Shown one piece after another: positions 63,181 through 64,000 of a DNA stretch of 64,000 bases. Source of the DNA: an uncultured delta proteobacterium. Its GTDB lineage: Bacteria; Desulfobacterota; Binatia; UBA9968. The stretch spans positions 1,312,001 to 1,376,000 of the forward strand of contig CAVUZH010000003.1 in NCBI GenBank assembly GCA_963745835.1, in the 5' to 3' direction. Both the position numbers and the translations under genes were made by a program. The notes beneath the pieces are model-generated. The model was given only the letters and a program-made list of their open reading frames with translations, had not been told where the DNA came from and did no database searches. The number at the start of each line of letters is the position of its first letter. Positions within the stretch are counted from its first letter, which is position 1.

Positions 63181-63420
63181 TTACTTCTTGATGGAGATCC
63201 AGACGGTATGCCTGCTGCCATCCTGCAGAGTGGCGATCAGTAGCCATGTGCCGTCCTTGAATCCAGACTTGGTGCTGAGGTTGAAGTGCCAATCCGTACC
63301 GGTCAACCGGAATTCGTTGCCGGTCGTGGCCGCGTCAGTCGGCGTGGCGTCGATCGGCTTGTCTGAGTCAGTGGCACTGCTGTATTTGATTGCCTGCAGC
63401 GTGTGGATACCGGTGATTAA
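63181..63420 (-). pseudogene. C-terminal remnant of a PxKF-domain-like secreted protein
   Basis: ..ITGIHTLQAIKYS..DATPTDAATTGNEFRLTGTDWHFNLSTKSGFKDGTWLLIATLQDGSRHTVWISIKK*; in-frame stop upstream and no ATG. Confidence 0.6.
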
Positions 63421-63809
63421 TGCTGCACGGCCTGGCCGGGTTAAGCTGCTGCGAACGGTAGAGCGAAAGACTTTCAGGATCTGACTACGGCTATGTCACT
63501 CGAAGCTTCAAAGAGAAAGATTGGTTGGACTAGCTCGAGGAGACGCAGCGAAAATTAGCAACCGGTCAAAAGACAAGACCTGATTATCACTGACCCAGAG
63601 CGATGTTCAGCGCTATCTGGAAACCGACCGAGGTATAGGGCATGGGACCGGCGACTTCAACGCCCGCCGAAAAGCGCTGACAAGGCGCCCGCAGCAGCAG
63701 AAGTAATGCAATCAAGTTCGTCAGCTGAAATTATGAGTGGATTCGGCAAAAGGACGAAGGGCGAAGAAGAGCTTCCTCTCCACCTTCGGCTAAAACGCCA
63801 CGTCAGCGA

Positions 63810-63890
63810 CTATTTCTTGAACTGGAAATTGGCGTAGTAAGTCTTGCCGTCAATCAACTGGACGGCCAACTGTCTACACGTGTTTGCGGC
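63810..63890 (-). pseudogene. Second PxKF-like C-terminal remnant
   Basis: ..ANTCRQLAVQLIDGKTYYANFQFKK*. Confidence 0.55.
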
Positions 63891-64000
63891 TGCAATAGTC
63901 TCACTGTTCTCGTTCAAACGCGGTCCTCACGAAACTGCAAACTAGAAACCTTAACCGCGCCACCTGGAAAAGAGGTTCAGGTTTTGCCGGGGAGCCCTGA

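Overview
Bacterial chromosomal segment, probably Candidatus Binatota or another Deltaproteobacteria-like lineage (inferred from gene repertoire and intergenic repeat types). It probably comes from an indel-prone long-read assembly, since rseP, cdsA, tolA and pgk carry apparent small-indel frameshifts. 1-18.3 kb is core housekeeping: tsaB-rseP-dxr-cdsA-uppS-frr-pyrH-tsf-rpsB, rho, rluD, ribF, tol-pal, pgk-tpiA-secG and tRNA-Leu(GAG). The rest is accessory. It contains a UbiD decarboxylase, two amidohydrolases, and an integrase-less integron cassette array with 3 attC sites (VOC, HEPN-like and DUF6602-like cassettes). It also holds a 21-kb CoA-dependent catabolic cluster with many orphan solute-binding proteins, small and decayed genes, a REC-HTH regulator and an orphan MshEN-PilB/GspE ATPase. 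Intergenic spaces carry paired inverted short-repeat arrays and REP-like palindromes. One pair encloses a ~216-bp IR-bounded element that resembles a transposase-less IS110 non-coding end (candidate orphan bridge RNA). Another pair brackets an RBS/start codon, and one REP-like copy sits in-frame inside a protein linker. All family assignments are from motif recognition and memory; no searches were run.
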